Shown here: positions 51,960 to 64,000 of the stretch, piece by piece
How positions within the stretch are numbered: position 1 is the stretch's first letter
Layout of the letters: each line of letters begins with the position of its first letter
NCBI RefSeq assembly: GCF_000027125.1
Contig: NC_017626.1
Direction: 5' to 3' (one strand)
DNA: 64,000 nucleotides
Source: Escherichia coli 042
GTDB lineage: Bacteria; Pseudomonadota; Gammaproteobacteria; Enterobacterales; Enterobacteriaceae
Position numbers and translations under genes: made by a program
Notes under the pieces: generated by a model
What the model saw: the letters and a program-made list of their open reading frames with translations, nothing else
What the model was told of the DNA's origin: nothing
Database searches by the model: none

Positions 51960-53817
51960 TGAACTTGATGCCGGTGATGTGCTGGCGGTTGAAAATCTGA
52001 ATATTGCCTTTATGCAGGACCAGCAGAAAATAGCTGCGGTCCGCAATCTCTCTTTTAGCCTGCAACGCGGTGAGACGCTGGCAATTGTTGGCGAATCCGG
52101 CTCCGGTAAGTCAGTGACTGCGCTGGCATTGATGCGTCTGTTGGAACAGGCGGGCGGTTTAGTACAGTGCGATAAAATGCTGTTGCGGCGGCGCAGTCGC
52201 GAAGTGATTGAACTTAGCGAGCAGAGCGCTGCACAAATGCGCCATGTGCGCGGTGCGGATATGGCGATGATATTTCAGGAACCGATGACATCGCTGAACC
52301 CGGTATTTACTGTGGGTGAACAGATTGCAGAATCAATTCGTCTGCATCAGAACGCCAGTCGTGAAGAAGCAATGGTCGAGGCGAAGCGGATGCTGGATCA
52401 GGTACGCATTCCGGAGGCACAAACCATTCTTTCACGTTATCCGCATCAACTCTCTGGCGGGATGCGCCAGCGAGTGATGATTGCGATGGCGCTGTCATGC
52501 CGCCCGGCGGTGCTGATTGCCGATGAGCCAACCACCGCGCTGGATGTCACTATTCAGGCGCAGATCCTGCAATTAATCAAAGTATTGCAAAAAGAGATGT
52601 CGATGGGCGTTATCTTTATCACTCACGATATGGGCGTGGTGGCAGAGATTGCCGATCGGGTACTGGTGATGTATCAGGGCGAGGCGGTGGAAACGGGTAG
52701 CGTCAAACAGATTTTCCATGCACCGCAACATCCTTACACCCGTGCGCTGTTAGCTGCTGTTCCGCAACTTGGTGCGATGAAAGGGTTAGATTATCCCCGA
52801 CGTTTCCCGTTGATATCGCTTGAACATCCAGCGAAACAGGAACCACCCATCGAGCAGAAAACGGTGGTGGATGGCGAACCTGTTTTACGGGTGCGTAATC
52901 TGGTCACCCGTTTCCCTTTGCGCAGCGGTTTGTTGAATCGCGTAACGCGGGAAGTGCATGCCGTTGAGAAAGTCAGTTTTGATCTCTGGCCTGGCGAAAC
53001 GCTATCGCTGGTGGGCGAGTCTGGCAGCGGTAAATCCACTACCGGGCGGGCGTTGCTGCGCCTGGTCGAATCGCAGGGCGGCGAAATTATCTTTAACGGT
53101 CAGCGAATCGATACCTTGTCATCCGGTAAACTTCAGGCATTGCGCCGCGATATTCAGTTTATTTTTCAGGACCCTTACGCTTCGCTGGACCCACGTCAGA
53201 CCATCGGTGATTCGATTATTGAACCGCTGCGCGTACACGGTTTATTGCCAGGTAAAGAAGCGGCTGCACGCGTTGCGTGGTTGCTGGAGCGCGTGGGCCT
53301 GTTACCTGAACATGCCTGGCGTTACCCGCATGAGTTTTCCGGCGGTCAGCGCCAGCGCATCTGCATTGCTCGCGCGTTGGCATTGAATCCAAAAGTGATC
53401 ATTGCCGACGAAGCCGTCTCGGCGCTGGATGTTTCTATTCGCGGGCAGATTATCAACTTGTTGCTCGATCTCCAGCGTGATTTCGGCATTGCGTATCTGT
53501 TTATCTCCCACGATATGGCCGTGGTAGAGCGGATTAGTCATCGTGTGGCGGTGATGTATCTCGGACAAATTGTTGAAATTGGTCCACGGCGCGCGGTCTT
53601 CGAAAACCCGCAGCATCCTTATACGCGTAAATTACTGGCGGCAGTTCCGGTCGCTGAACCGTCCCGACAACGACCGCAGCGTGTACTGCTGTCGGACGAT
53701 CTTCCCAGCAATATTCATCTGCGTGGCGAAGAGGTGGCAGCCGTCTCGTTGCAATGCGTCGGGCCGGGGCATTACGTCGCACAACCACAATCAGAATACG
53801 CATTCATGCGTAGATAA
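51946..53817 (+). CDS. gsiA: Glutathione ABC transporter ATP-binding protein GsiA (two ABC domains)
   Basis: 623 aa from TTG 51946 (protein [10 protein letters not shown]...); two GESGSGKS Walker A motifs; overlaps the iaaA 3-prime end by 14 nt. Confidence 0.92.
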   Translation: MPHSDELDAGDVLAVENLNIAFMQDQQKIAAVRNLSFSLQRGETLAIVGESGSGKSVTALALMRLLEQAGGLVQCDKMLLRRRSREVIELSEQSAAQMRHVRGADMAMIFQEPMTSLNPVFTVGEQIAESIRLHQNASREEAMVEAKRMLDQVRIPEAQTILSRYPHQLSGGMRQRVMIAMALSCRPAVLIADEPTTALDVTIQAQILQLIKVLQKEMSMGVIFITHDMGVVAEIADRVLVMYQGEAVETGSVKQIFHAPQHPYTRALLAAVPQLGAMKGLDYPRRFPLISLEHPAKQEPPIEQKTVVDGEPVLRVRNLVTRFPLRSGLLNRVTREVHAVEKVSFDLWPGETLSLVGESGSGKSTTGRALLRLVESQGGEIIFNGQRIDTLSSGKLQALRRDIQFIFQDPYASLDPRQTIGDSIIEPLRVHGLLPGKEAAARVAWLLERVGLLPEHAWRYPHEFSGGQRQRICIARALALNPKVIIADEAVSALDVSIRGQIINLLLDLQRDFGIAYLFISHDMAVVERISHRVAVMYLGQIVEIGPRRAVFENPQHPYTRKLLAAVPVAEPSRQRPQRVLLSDDLPSNIHLRGEEVAAVSLQCVGPGHYVAQPQSEYAFMRR

Positions 53818-53836
53818 CATTCAGGCGGAGAATAAA

Positions 53837-55375
53837 ATGGCAAGAGCTGTACACCGTAGTGGGTTAGTGGCGCTGGGCATTGCGACAGCGTTGATGGCAT
53901 CTTGTGCATTCGCTGCCAAAGATGTGGTGGTGGCGGTAGGATCGAACTTCACCACGCTCGATCCGTATGACGCAAATGACACGTTATCTCAGGCCGTAGC
54001 GAAATCGTTTTACCAGGGGCTGTTTGGTCTGGATAAAGAGATGAAACTGAAAAACGTGCTGGCGGAGAGTTATACCGTTTCCGATGACGGCCTTACATAC
54101 ACCGTGAAATTGCGGGAAGGAATTAAATTCCAGGATGGCACCGATTTCAACGCAGCGGCGGTAAAAGCGAATCTGGACCGGGCCAGCGATCCGGCGAATC
54201 ATCTTAAACGCTACAACCTGTATAAGAATATTGCCAAAACGGAAGCGATCGATCCAACAACGGTAAAGATTACCCTCAAACAGCCGTTCTCAGCGTTTAT
54301 TAATATTCTTGCCCATCCGGCGACCGCGATGATTTCGCCGGCAGCGCTGGAAAAATATGGCAAGGAGATTGGTTTTCATCCGGTGGGAACCGGGCCGTAT
54401 GAACTGGATACCTGGAATCAGACCGATTTTGTGAAGGTGAAAAAATTCGCGGGTTACTGGCAGCCAGGATTGCCCAAACTGGACAGCATAACCTGGCGTC
54501 CGGTGGCGGATAACAACACCCGCGCGGCAATGCTGCAAACCGGTGAAGCGCAGTTTGCTTTCCCCATTCCCTACGAGCAGGCCGCACTGCTGGAGAAAAA
54601 CAAAAATATCGAGTTGATGGCCAGTCCGTCAATTATGCAGCGTTATATCAGTATGAACGTGACGCAAAAGCCGTTCGATAACCCGAAGGTCCGTGAGGCG
54701 CTGAATTACGCCATTAACCGCCCGGCGCTGGTGAAAGTGGCCTTCGCGGGCTATGCAACGCCAGCTACTGGTGTGGTACCGCCGAGTATCGCCTACGCGC
54801 AAAGTTATAAACCGTGGCCTTACGATCCAGTGAAAGCGCGCGAATTACTGAAAGAGGCGGGATATCCCAACGGTTTCAATACCACGCTGTGGTCGTCACA
54901 TAACCACAGCACCGCGCAGAAAGTGCTGCAATTTACCCAGCAGCAGTTAGCGCAGGTCGGGATTAAAGCCCAGGTGACTGCGATGGATGCCGGACAGCGG
55001 GCGGCAGAAGTTGAAGGTAAAGGGCAAAAAGAGAGCGGCGTGCGGATGTTCTACACTGGCTGGTCGGCTTCAACCGGCGAAGCGGACTGGGCACTATCGC
55101 CGCTGTTTGCCTCGCAGAACTGGCCACCGACGCTGTTTAATACCGCGTTTTACAGCAATAAACAGGTGGATGACTTCCTGGCTCAGGCACTGAAAACTAA
55201 TGATCCGGCAGAAAAGACCCGTTTATATAAGGCGGCGCAGGATATCATCTGGCAAGAGTCGCCGTGGATCCCGCTGGTGGTAGAAAAACTGGTGTCGGCA
55301 CACAGTAAAAACCTGACCGGTTTTTGGATCATGCCAGACACCGGTTTCAGCTTTGAAGACGCGGATTTGCAATAA
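53837..55375 (+). CDS. gsiB: Glutathione-binding periplasmic protein GsiB
   Basis: 512 aa from ATG 53837 (MARAVHRSG...) with signal peptide; the ORF-track start at 53570 is an extension. Confidence 0.95.
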   Translation: MARAVHRSGLVALGIATALMASCAFAAKDVVVAVGSNFTTLDPYDANDTLSQAVAKSFYQGLFGLDKEMKLKNVLAESYTVSDDGLTYTVKLREGIKFQDGTDFNAAAVKANLDRASDPANHLKRYNLYKNIAKTEAIDPTTVKITLKQPFSAFINILAHPATAMISPAALEKYGKEIGFHPVGTGPYELDTWNQTDFVKVKKFAGYWQPGLPKLDSITWRPVADNNTRAAMLQTGEAQFAFPIPYEQAALLEKNKNIELMASPSIMQRYISMNVTQKPFDNPKVREALNYAINRPALVKVAFAGYATPATGVVPPSIAYAQSYKPWPYDPVKARELLKEAGYPNGFNTTLWSSHNHSTAQKVLQFTQQQLAQVGIKAQVTAMDAGQRAAEVEGKGQKESGVRMFYTGWSASTGEADWALSPLFASQNWPPTLFNTAFYSNKQVDDFLAQALKTNDPAEKTRLYKAAQDIIWQESPWIPLVVEKLVSAHSKNLTGFWIMPDTGFSFEDADLQ

Positions 55376-55392
55376 GCAACGCAGGGAGTGGA

Positions 55393-56313
55393 ATGCTTAA
55401 TTACGTTATCAAACGCTTACTGGGGTTGATTCCAACGCTGTTTATCGTCTCGGTGCTGGTGTTTTTATTTGTGCATATGCTGCCCGGCGATCCGGCGCGA
55501 TTGATTGCCGGGCCCGAAGCTGATGCGCAGGTTATAGAACTGGTGCGTCAGCAGCTGGGGTTGGATCAGCCGCTGTATCACCAGTTCTGGCACTATATCA
55601 GCAATGCTGTGCAGGGGGATTTTGGCCTGTCGATGGTGTCGCGTCGTCCGGTTGCCGATGAGATTGCCAGCCGCTTTATGCCAACGCTGTGGCTGACCAT
55701 AACCAGTATGGTCTGGGCGGTGATATTTGGTATGGCGGCGGGAATTATCGCCGCCGTCTGGCGTAATCGTTGGCCGGATCGATTGAGTATGACCATTGCG
55801 GTGTCGGGGATCTCGTTTCCGGCATTTGCTCTGGGGATGCTTTTAATTCAGGTATTCTCCGTTGAACTGGGCTGGCTGCCTACCGTGGGAGCAGACAGTT
55901 GGCAGCACTACATTTTACCCTCCCTGACGCTCGGCGCGGCAGTGGCAGCCGTGATGGCGCGCTTTACCCGCGCGTCGTTTGTCGATGTTTTAAGCGAAGA
56001 TTATATGCGTACCGCGAGGGCGAAAGGGGTGAGCGAAACCTGGGTTGTCCTCAAACACGGGCTACGTAACGCGATGATCCCGGTTGTGACCATGATGGGC
56101 TTACAGTTTGGCTTTTTGCTCGGTGGTTCCATCGTGGTGGAGAAGGTTTTCAACTGGCCCGGACTTGGACGCTTACTCGTTGACTCCGTAGAAATGCGCG
56201 ATTACCCGGTGATTCAGGCGGAAATTCTGCTTTTCTCGCTGGAATTTATTCTTATCAACTTAGTGGTGGATGTGCTTTACGCCGCCATTAACCCGGCTAT
56301 CAGGTACAAGTAA
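55393..56313 (+). CDS. gsiC: Glutathione ABC transporter permease GsiC
   Basis: 306 aa polytopic permease. Confidence 0.95.
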   Translation: MLNYVIKRLLGLIPTLFIVSVLVFLFVHMLPGDPARLIAGPEADAQVIELVRQQLGLDQPLYHQFWHYISNAVQGDFGLSMVSRRPVADEIASRFMPTLWLTITSMVWAVIFGMAAGIIAAVWRNRWPDRLSMTIAVSGISFPAFALGMLLIQVFSVELGWLPTVGADSWQHYILPSLTLGAAVAAVMARFTRASFVDVLSEDYMRTARAKGVSETWVVLKHGLRNAMIPVVTMMGLQFGFLLGGSIVVEKVFNWPGLGRLLVDSVEMRDYPVIQAEILLFSLEFILINLVVDVLYAAINPAIRYK

Positions 56314-56315
56314 GG

Positions 56316-57227
56316 ATGCGACTATTTAACTGGCGACGTCAGGCGGTGTTAAACGCCATGCCACTGGTCAAACCTGACCAGGTACGTACACCGTGGCATG
56401 AATTCTGGCGACGATTTCGCCGTCAGCATATGGCGATGACCGCCGCATTGTTCGTTATTTTATTGATTGTGGTGGCTATTTTTGCACGCTGGATCGCTCC
56501 CTATGACGCCGAAAATTATTTTGATTATGACAATCTGAATAACGGACCTTCTTTGCAGCACTGGTTTGGCGTTGATTCACTGGGGCGTGACATTTTCAGC
56601 CGTGTCCTGGTTGGTGCACAAATCTCGCTGGCGGCGGGCGTGTTTGCCGTGTTTATCGGTGCGGCGATCGGGACGTTGCTGGGCTTGTTGGCTGGATATT
56701 ATGAAGGCTGGTGGGATCGGCTGATCATGCGCATTTGCGATGTGCTGTTTGCCTTCCCTGGTATTTTACTGGCGATCGCTGTTGTTGCGGTGTTGGGAAG
56801 CGGCATTGCTAACGTGATTATTGCAGTCGCCATTTTTTCCATCCCCGCGTTTGCCCGACTGGTGCGCGGCAACACGCTGGTGTTGAAACAGCAAACTTTT
56901 ATTGAATCGGCGCGCAGTATTGGTGCCAGCGACATGACCATCTTATTGCGCCATATCTTGCCCGGGACTGTCTCGTCTATCGTGGTGTTTTTCACCATGC
57001 GCATCGGTACCTCGATTATCTCTGCCGCCAGCCTGTCATTTCTCGGCCTCGGTGCGCAGCCGCCGACACCAGAGTGGGGAGCAATGCTCAATGAGGCACG
57101 AGCGGATATGGTTATCGCGCCGCATGTCGCTATTTTTCCGGCCCTGGCTATTTTTCTGACTGTACTGGCGTTCAATTTGTTGGGTGATGGTTTACGCGAT
57201 GCGCTGGATCCGAAAATTAAAGGATAG
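56316..57227 (+). CDS. gsiD: Glutathione ABC transporter permease GsiD
   Basis: 303 aa polytopic permease. Confidence 0.95.
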   Translation: MRLFNWRRQAVLNAMPLVKPDQVRTPWHEFWRRFRRQHMAMTAALFVILLIVVAIFARWIAPYDAENYFDYDNLNNGPSLQHWFGVDSLGRDIFSRVLVGAQISLAAGVFAVFIGAAIGTLLGLLAGYYEGWWDRLIMRICDVLFAFPGILLAIAVVAVLGSGIANVIIAVAIFSIPAFARLVRGNTLVLKQQTFIESARSIGASDMTILLRHILPGTVSSIVVFFTMRIGTSIISAASLSFLGLGAQPPTPEWGAMLNEARADMVIAPHVAIFPALAIFLTVLAFNLLGDGLRDALDPKIKG

Positions 57228-57404
57228 TTACGTTTGAATATTGCTTGAAAGGGTAATCACCTCACAGGAAATTATTGCCCTAAGCAAGTGTTGTAACTTT
57301 CTGCTGATTTTGTAGAATCGGGTAATTTGGTTAAAAAGCCGCAGCAAGGGACAATTTTTGCAGCGGTACAGCGTTCAGATAGTTATTTTGTTAAATGTAT
57401 TAAC

Positions 57405-59753
57405 ATGCTGAGTTTATACGAAAAGATAAAGATAAGGCTGATAATTTTATTTTTATTGGCAGCACTGTCATTTATTGGTCTTTTTTTCATCATTAACTAT
57501 CAACTGGTATCGGAGCGCGCGGTAAAACGTGCCGATAGCCGCTTTGAACTTATTCAGAAAAACGTTGGCTATTTCTTTAAAGATATTGAACGTTCGGCCC
57601 TGACATTAAAGGACTCACTGTATTTATTAAAAAATACAGAGGAGATTCAACGCGCCGTGATTCTTAAAATGGAAATGATGCCATTTTTAGACTCGGTGGG
57701 ACTGGTACTTGATGATAATAAATATTATCTCTTTTCGCGGAGGGCGAATGATAAAATCGTAGTTTATCATCAGGAACAAGTAAATGGACCGCTTGTCGAC
57801 GAGTCAGGGCGGGTTATTTTTGCCGATTTTAACCCATCGAAACGACCGTGGTCGGTGGCTTCAGATGACTCTAACAACAGCTGGAATCCGGCATACAATT
57901 GCTTTGATCGTCCGGGTAAAAAATGTATCTCTTTTACGCTACACATCAACGGCAAAGATCACGATTTGTTAGCGGTGGATAAAATTCATGTCGATTTAAA
58001 CTGGCGATATCTGAACGAGTATCTTGATCAAATCAGCGCTAATGATGAAGTTCTATTTTTGAAACAAGGCCATGAGATCATTGCCAAGAATCAACTCGCG
58101 CGTGAAAAACTGATTATTTATAATAGCGAAGGTAATTATAATATTATTGATTCTGTCGATACTGAATATATCGAAAAAACATCAGCGGTGCCAAACAACG
58201 CATTATTCGAAATCTATTTTTATTATCCTGGCGGTAATTTATTGAACGCATCAGATAAACTTTTTTATCTGCCGTTTGCTTTCATTATTATCGTATTGCT
58301 GGTGGTTTATTTAATGACCACTCGTGTGTTCCGTCGGCAATTTTCTGAAATGACAGAGCTGGTTAATACGCTGGCGTTTTTGCCTGACTCAACGGATCAA
58401 ATCGAGGCTCTGAAAATTCGCGAAGGCGATGCGAAAGAGATTATCAGCATCAAAAAATCGATCGCGGAAATGAAAGATGCCGAAATTGAACGGTCAAATA
58501 AATTGCTCTCACTGATCTCTTACGATCAGGAAAGCGGTTTTATTAAAAATATGGCGATTATTGAGTCCAACAATAATCAGTATCTGGCTGTGGGGATCAT
58601 CAAACTGTGTGGTCTGGAAGCCGTGGAAGCGGTGTTTGGTGTTGATGAACGCAATAAAACCGTCAGGAAATTGTGTCAGCGAATTGCCGAGAAATATGCG
58701 CAATGCTGCGATATCGTGACATTTAATGCCGATCTCTATTTACTTCTGTGCCGGGAAAATGTACAGACATTTACCCGTAAAATAGCGATGGTAAACGATT
58801 TTGACAGCAGCTTTGGCTACCGCAATCTGCGCATCCATAAGTCTGCCATTTGTGAACCTTTGCAGGGGGAAAACGCCTGGAGTTACGCAGAAAAACTGAA
58901 ACTGGCGATTTCCAGCATCCGTGACCATATGTTCTCAGAGTTTATTTTCTGTGATGACGCGAAACTCAACGAAATAGAAGAGAATATCTGGATTGCGCGT
59001 AATATTCGCCATGCAATGGAAATTGGCGAACTATTCCTGGTCTATCAGCCGATCGTTGATATTAACACCCGCACCATTCTGGGCGCGGAGGCGTTGTGCC
59101 GTTGGGTGTCTGCGGAGCGGGGGATCATTTCACCGCTAAAGTTCATTACCATTGCTGAAGATATCGGGTTTATCAATGAGCTGGGTTATCAGATTATTAA
59201 AATGGCAATGGGTGAATTCAGGCATTTTAGCGAGCGTGCGGTTCTGAAGGACGGTTTCTTACTGCATATTAATGTTTCGCCCTGGCAGTTAAACGAACCA
59301 CACTTTCATGAGCGTTTTACCACCATCATGAAAGAAAACGGTCTGAAGGCGAACAGCCTCTGTGTTGAGATCACTGAAACCGTGATCGAGCGAATTAATG
59401 AACATTTTTATCTCAATATTGAACAACTGCGTAAACAAGGGGTACGGATATCGATTGATGACTTTGGCACCGGTTTGTCAAACCTGAAACGTTTTTATGA
59501 AATTAATCCAGATAGCATAAAAGTGGACTCGCAATTTACCGGCGATATTTTCGGTACTGCGGGAAAAATTGTGCGCATTATTTTCGATCTGGCACGCTAT
59601 AACCGGATTCCGGTGATTGCGGAAGGCGTAGAGAGCGAAGATGTTGCGCGCGAATTAATCAAATTAGGATGTGTTCAGGCTCAGGGGTATCTGTACCAGA
59701 AACCCATGCCATTCTCCGCCTGGGATAAAAGTGGAAAATTAGTAAAAGAGTAG
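57405..59753 (+). CDS. pdeI: c-di-GMP phosphodiesterase PdeI (YliE; membrane-anchored EAL domain)
   Basis: 782 aa from ATG 57405; N-terminal TM, C-terminal EAL motif (GAEALCRW). Confidence 0.92.
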   Translation: MLSLYEKIKIRLIILFLLAALSFIGLFFIINYQLVSERAVKRADSRFELIQKNVGYFFKDIERSALTLKDSLYLLKNTEEIQRAVILKMEMMPFLDSVGLVLDDNKYYLFSRRANDKIVVYHQEQVNGPLVDESGRVIFADFNPSKRPWSVASDDSNNSWNPAYNCFDRPGKKCISFTLHINGKDHDLLAVDKIHVDLNWRYLNEYLDQISANDEVLFLKQGHEIIAKNQLAREKLIIYNSEGNYNIIDSVDTEYIEKTSAVPNNALFEIYFYYPGGNLLNASDKLFYLPFAFIIIVLLVVYLMTTRVFRRQFSEMTELVNTLAFLPDSTDQIEALKIREGDAKEIISIKKSIAEMKDAEIERSNKLLSLISYDQESGFIKNMAIIESNNNQYLAVGIIKLCGLEAVEAVFGVDERNKTVRKLCQRIAEKYAQCCDIVTFNADLYLLLCRENVQTFTRKIAMVNDFDSSFGYRNLRIHKSAICEPLQGENAWSYAEKLKLAISSIRDHMFSEFIFCDDAKLNEIEENIWIARNIRHAMEIGELFLVYQPIVDINTRTILGAEALCRWVSAERGIISPLKFITIAEDIGFINELGYQIIKMAMGEFRHFSERAVLKDGFLLHINVSPWQLNEPHFHERFTTIMKENGLKANSLCVEITETVIERINEHFYLNIEQLRKQGVRISIDDFGTGLSNLKRFYEINPDSIKVDSQFTGDIFGTAGKIVRIIFDLARYNRIPVIAEGVESEDVARELIKLGCVQAQGYLYQKPMPFSAWDKSGKLVKE

Positions 59754-59760
59754 TTTACGT

Positions 59761-61089
59761 ATGTCCAGAATCAATAAGTTCGTACTTACAGTCAGTCTGC
59801 TGATTTTTATCATGATTTCAGCAGTTGCCTGCGGGATCTACACTCAAATGGTAAAGGAACGGGTGTATGGCCTGAAACAGTCCGTTATTGATACTGCTTT
59901 TGCGGTGGCAAATATTGCTGAATATCGGCGTAGCGTGGCAATTGATCTCATCAACACGCTAAACCCCACGGAGGAACAGCTGTTGGTTGGCTTGCGCACA
60001 GCTTACGCCGACTCGGTTTCACCCTCTTATTTGTACGATGTCGGTCCTTATCTGATTTCCAGTGACGAATGTATTCAGGTAAAGGAGTTCGAGAAAAATT
60101 ATTGTGCAGATATTATGCAGGTTGTGAAGTATCGACATGTCAAAAATACAGGGTTTATCTCTTTTGACGGTAAAACTTTCGTCTATTACCTCTATCCGGT
60201 AACTCACAATCGCAGTCTGATATTTTTGCTTGGTCTGGAGCGTTTTTCTTTACTGTCAAAATCGCTGGCGATGGATAGCGAGAACCTGATGTTCTCTCTG
60301 TTTAAGAACGGTAAACCGGTGACCGGTGATGAATATAATGCTAAAAACGCCATCTTCACCGTTTCGGAAGCGATGGAGCACTTCTCCTATTTGCCGACCG
60401 GATTGTACGTATTTGCGTATAAAAAAGATGTTTATTTGCGGGTTTGTACGTTGATTATTTTCTTTGCCGCATTGGTGGCAGTGATATCGGGTGCCAGTTG
60501 CCTCTATCTGGTACGCAGAGTGATTAATCGTGGTATTGTGGAGAAAGAAGCCATTATTAATAACCATTTTGAACGCGTACTAGATGGCGGGCTTTTCTTT
60601 TCGGCTGCCGATGTCAAAAAACTCTACAGTATGTATAACTCGGCGTTCCTGGACGACCTGACTAAAGCGATGGGCAGAAAATCCTTTGACGAAGATTTAA
60701 AAGCGCTACCGGAAAAAGGTGGTTATTTGTGCCTGTTTGACGTCGATAAATTCAAAAACATCAACGACACCTTCGGTCATTTGCTGGGCGATGAAGTGTT
60801 GATGAAAGTGGTGAAAATCCTTAAATCACAGATCCCGGTAGATAAAGGTAAAGTCTACCGCTTCGGCGGTGACGAATTTGCGGTGATTTATACGGGTGGA
60901 ACGCTGGAAGAGTTGCTATCGATTCTAAAAGAAATCGTTCATTTCCAGGTGGGAAGCATTAATTTAAGCACCAGTATCGGTGTAGCGCATTCAAATGAAT
61001 GTACTACCGTCGAACGCTTGAAAATGCTGGCGGATGAGCGGCTGTATAAGAGTAAGAAAAACGGCAGGGCGCAGATTAGCTGGCAGTAG
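59761..61089 (+). CDS. dgcI: Diguanylate cyclase DgcI (YliF; GGDEF domain)
   Basis: 442 aa; RFGGDEF motif near the C-terminus. Confidence 0.93.
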   Translation: MSRINKFVLTVSLLIFIMISAVACGIYTQMVKERVYGLKQSVIDTAFAVANIAEYRRSVAIDLINTLNPTEEQLLVGLRTAYADSVSPSYLYDVGPYLISSDECIQVKEFEKNYCADIMQVVKYRHVKNTGFISFDGKTFVYYLYPVTHNRSLIFLLGLERFSLLSKSLAMDSENLMFSLFKNGKPVTGDEYNAKNAIFTVSEAMEHFSYLPTGLYVFAYKKDVYLRVCTLIIFFAALVAVISGASCLYLVRRVINRGIVEKEAIINNHFERVLDGGLFFSAADVKKLYSMYNSAFLDDLTKAMGRKSFDEDLKALPEKGGYLCLFDVDKFKNINDTFGHLLGDEVLMKVVKILKSQIPVDKGKVYRFGGDEFAVIYTGGTLEELLSILKEIVHFQVGSINLSTSIGVAHSNECTTVERLKMLADERLYKSKKNGRAQISWQ

Positions 61090-61103
61090 AATTAGAATAG
61101 TGT

Positions 61104-61129
61104 TAGTACCCCTTAATCAAGGGGTACTA
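61104..61129. repeat. Perfect 11-bp-stem hairpin between dgcI and the toxin-antitoxin module
   Basis: tagtacccctt-aatc-aaggggtacta; no flanking T-run on either strand. Confidence 0.5.
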
Positions 61130-61158
61130 ATGAATGTGGTAAATCATTTGCAAACATT

Positions 61159-61488
61159 TTACTTTGCAAAAACTTCCGGTCCTTTTATTGCCAATGTATT
61201 CAAAATACGTAGTGCCGGGCCGCTCGGTTTTATTTCATTTCGTTCCCATTTCGAGACACTTTCTTTTGACATTCCCATTGTATGTGCCAGCACGGATTGT
61301 GACATGCCGTATCGGGTGCGGATGGCTTTGATCTCTTCACCCGTCATTGATTTGACTTTGGCTATACGGGCGCTGACTTCACGAGCTTTGACCATGACGG
61401 CAATGGCATCAACTTCACTATCAGACATCAGGCCCAGTGCATTCAGTTCCTTTGCATCTTCCAGCATCATTTGTAATTTATCGCTCAT
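61159..61488 (-). CDS. XRE-family helix-turn-helix antitoxin candidate (HigA-like)
   Basis: 109 aa; HTH segment MSQSVLAHTMGMSKESVSKWERNEIKP; GAGGTG RBS; overlaps the upstream toxin-like ORF by 11 nt. Confidence 0.7.
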   Translation of the reverse strand: MSDKLQMMLEDAKELNALGLMSDSEVDAIAVMVKAREVSARIAKVKSMTGEEIKAIRTRYGMSQSVLAHTMGMSKESVSKWERNEIKPSGPALRILNTLAIKGPEVFAK

Positions 61489-61864
61489 TTTTCACCTCAA
61501 TCAAAAAGCCAGTTTCGATCAAATCCTCTATTTGCTTATTGCTAAAGGCCAGAAATGCATTTGCCATTTTTTTGTAGGCCACCAGTTCATCATCTTCGAT
61601 TTCTTTGGTTCCTTTACTGCTTAGACCACTCTTGGACCAACCATCATAAAAAAACACATGATTTGCTGATTTAAAAAAGATAATTGTTCTGGCTCCACCA
61701 CTCTTTCCTTGTTGGAGGGGTAAACGTTTTTTGATGACACCGCTACCTAAATCAGCCTCCCATATGCCTTGCATCACTTCTTCAGCGGCAGCCATGAGAA
61801 CTTTATCGTGAATACCAAGTTTTTTCGTGCTTTGGCTGAATCGTCTTGCCTTATACACACCCAT
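61478..61864 (-). CDS. Type II toxin candidate, RelE/ParE superfamily (HigB/Gp49-like)
   Basis: 128 aa; AGGATGG RBS; toxin-first arrangement with a downstream HTH partner as in higBA; family assignment is from memory. Confidence 0.65.
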   Translation of the reverse strand: MGVYKARRFSQSTKKLGIHDKVLMAAAEEVMQGIWEADLGSGVIKKRLPLQQGKSGGARTIIFFKSANHVFFYDGWSKSGLSSKGTKEIEDDELVAYKKMANAFLAFSNKQIEDLIETGFLIEVKNER

Positions 61865-61879
61865 ACATCCATCCTTGTG

Positions 61880-61905
61880 GTAATGTTTACTATAGTAACC
61901 ATTAC
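61880..61905. promoter_or_regulatory. Candidate operator of the toxin-antitoxin operon
   Basis: gtaatgtttactatagtaaccattac, 24 of 26 positions palindromic, 16-40 bp upstream of the toxin start. Confidence 0.45.
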
Positions 61906-62088
61906 GCTTATTTCAAGTAATTGCGATCAAAACTTTAATTTGGTGTGAAAAAGTGAGAGTTGCCTCGAGTATGATTCATTTTTCTCGATTTATACGTCAG
62001 GGGATTTTGTGCGTAAGGGTAGGACATGGGAAGGGTAGCAGAGGCAGATCGAAGAACAATATCCTTGTTAGATCTGCCTTTAGATTAA

Positions 62089-63414
62089 TTAAACCCGGCT
62101 ACCCCACAAATCGTACTCATCGGCGTGCTCGACTTTCACACGCAGGATATCACCTGGCTTAACGTTGGTTTCACCATTGAGATAAACCGCGCCGTCGATT
62201 TCCGGTGCATCTGCCATGCTGCGACCAATCGCGCCTTCTTCGTCCACTTCGTCGATAATCACCAGAATTTCACGGCCCACTTTCTCTTGCAGGCGCTCGG
62301 CGGAAATCTGCTGCTGCAGCTGCATGAAACGGTTCCAGCGTTCTTCTTTCACTTCTTCCGGAACCTGGTCAGGCAGGGCATTGGCGTCCGCACCTTCAAC
62401 CGGGCTGTATTTAAAGCAGCCAACGCGATCCAGACGTGCTTCTTTCAGGAAGTCGAGTAGCATCTGGAAATCTTCTTCCGTCTCGCCAGGGAAGCCGACA
62501 ATAAAGGTTGAGCGTAAGGTCAGTTCCGGGCAGATTTCGCGCCACTGTTTGATGCGCGCCAGTTGGCGATCTACAGAACCCGGACGCTTCATCAGTTTGA
62601 GAATGCGCGGGCTGGCGTGCTGCAACGGAATGTCCAGATACGGCAGGATTTTGCCTTCTGCCATCAGTGGGATGACGTCGTCCACATGCGGATAAGGGTA
62701 AACGTAGTGCAGACGTGTCCAGATCCCCAGTTTCGATAACTGTTCGCACAGGCTGACCATGCTGGTTTTTACCGGCTCGCCGTTGTGGAAGCCAGTACGA
62801 TGTTTAACATCGACGCCATAGGCGGAAGTATCCTGCGAGATCACCAGAATCTCTTTAACGCCCGCATCAACCAGACGTTTAGCTTCACTTAACACTTCGC
62901 CGATCGGACGGCTCACCAGGTCGCCGCGCATAGACGGAATAATGCAGAAGGTGCAGCGGTGATTACAGCCTTCCGAAATTTTCAGATAGGCATAATGACG
63001 CGGCGTCAGTTTCACACCTTGTTCTGGCACCAGGCTCAGGAATGGGTTGTGTTTCGGTTTTGGCACGTAGTGATGAACGTGCTCCAGAACCTGCTCATAG
63101 CTATGAGGCCCGGTGATTTCCAGCACTTTCGGGTGGACTTCGCGGATCTGATCTTCTTTTGCCCCCAGACAACCGGTCACAATTACCTTGCCGTTTTCAT
63201 TCAACGCTTCACCAATGGCTTCCAGTGATTCTTGTACCGCGCTGTCAATAAAGCCGCAGGTGTTGACGATCACCATGTCCGCATCGTCATAGCTCGGTAC
63301 CACGTCATAACCTTCAGTGCGTAGTTCGGTGAGAATACGCTCTGAATCGACAAGGTTTTTCGGACAGCCAAGGGAAACAAAGCCGATTTTCGGCTGGGGA
63401 GTTACTTTGCTCAT
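62089..63414 (-). CDS. rimO: Ribosomal protein S12 methylthiotransferase RimO (radical SAM)
   Basis: 441 aa; CNHRCTFC radical-SAM cluster. Confidence 0.96.
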
Positions 63415-63626
63415 AGCTTAAAAAATATTCAGTTACAGGAAAGGTCAGGGCAGGGATTCTACAGAGTTCTGGATAAAATTTGTATCGCAATCTCATTCGC
63501 TGGCGGAGGCGAAGGAAATGTAAATTTTGTTAATTCGGCGTGAAGAATTGATCCTGGACAGCATTTTGCTCAAAAAATAGCCATACTATTTAATTGCAAC
63601 AAGGCTGGAAAGAGGAGGATCGAAGT

Positions 63627-64000
63627 ATGTTCGTTGACAGACAGCGAATCGATCTGCTGAACCGGTTGATCGACGCACGCGTTGACCTCGCTGCATACGT
63701 GCAACTGAGGAAGGCAAAAGGATACATGTCCGTCAGCGAAAGCAATCATCTACGAGATAACTTTTTTAAACTGAATCGCGAACTGCACGATAAATCGCTG
63801 CGGTTGAATCTTCATCTGGATCAGGAAGAGTGGAGTGCTCTTCATCATGCTGAAGAAGCATTAGCGACAGCCGCAGTATGTTTGATGAGTGGGCACCATG
63901 ATTGCCCGACTGTTATTACCGTCAACGCCGATAAGCTTGAAAATTGTCTGATGAGCTTAACGCTGAGTATCCAGAGCCTGCAGAAGCACGCCATGCTTGA
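63627..64000 (+). CDS. bssR: Biofilm regulator BssR, N-terminal part (CDS runs past window end)
   Basis: ATG 63627 with GAGGAGG RBS; frame open to window end (MFVDRQRIDLLNRL...); not in the ORF track because there is no stop. Confidence 0.85.
   Translation, partial: MFVDRQRIDLLNRLIDARVDLAAYVQLRKAKGYMSVSESNHLRDNFFKLNRELHDKSLRLNLHLDQEEWSALHHAEEALATAAVCLMSGHHDCPTVITVNADKLENCLMSLTLSIQSLQKHAML

Noticed and set aside
61034-61624. 196-aa plus-strand ORF covering the toxin-antitoxin module.
   Set aside because: Antisense to the better-supported minus-strand pair, which has RBSs and an HTH motif; low-complexity Ser/Ala-rich product.
61953-62162. 69-aa ORF in the spacer between the toxin gene and rimO.
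   Set aside because: No RBS, Arg-rich low-complexity product, and it overlaps the rimO 3-prime end; probably non-coding.

Overview
The window reads as an Escherichia coli chromosomal segment running from the end of moaA through the moaBCDE, ybhL-ybhG, rhlE, dinG, fiu, glnHPQ, dps, ompX, mntR, ybiT-ybiY, moeBA and gsiABCD genes to rimO and the start of bssR. Gene order, protein lengths and motifs match what I recall of the K-12 map around 17-19 min; all K-12 comparisons below are from memory, since no database search was possible. Almost everything is ordinary core genome. Three places are not: (1) a roughly 2 kb, very AT-rich islet at about 4063-6047 between ybhM and ybhN, carrying four small ORFs with no recognisable catalytic motifs, a second copy of the ybhN 3-prime terminus and a degenerate copy of the 3-prime end of the first islet gene; this is the best candidate for an undescribed system, possibly an immunity-like or defence cassette array, but its function cannot be called from sequence alone. 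(2) ybhM is interrupted by a single in-frame TAA at 3646-3648. (3) A roughly 1 kb insert between dgcI (yliF) and rimO carries a type II toxin-antitoxin-like pair with a near-perfect palindromic operator. No rRNA, tRNA, CRISPR array, transposase or integrase was recognised.
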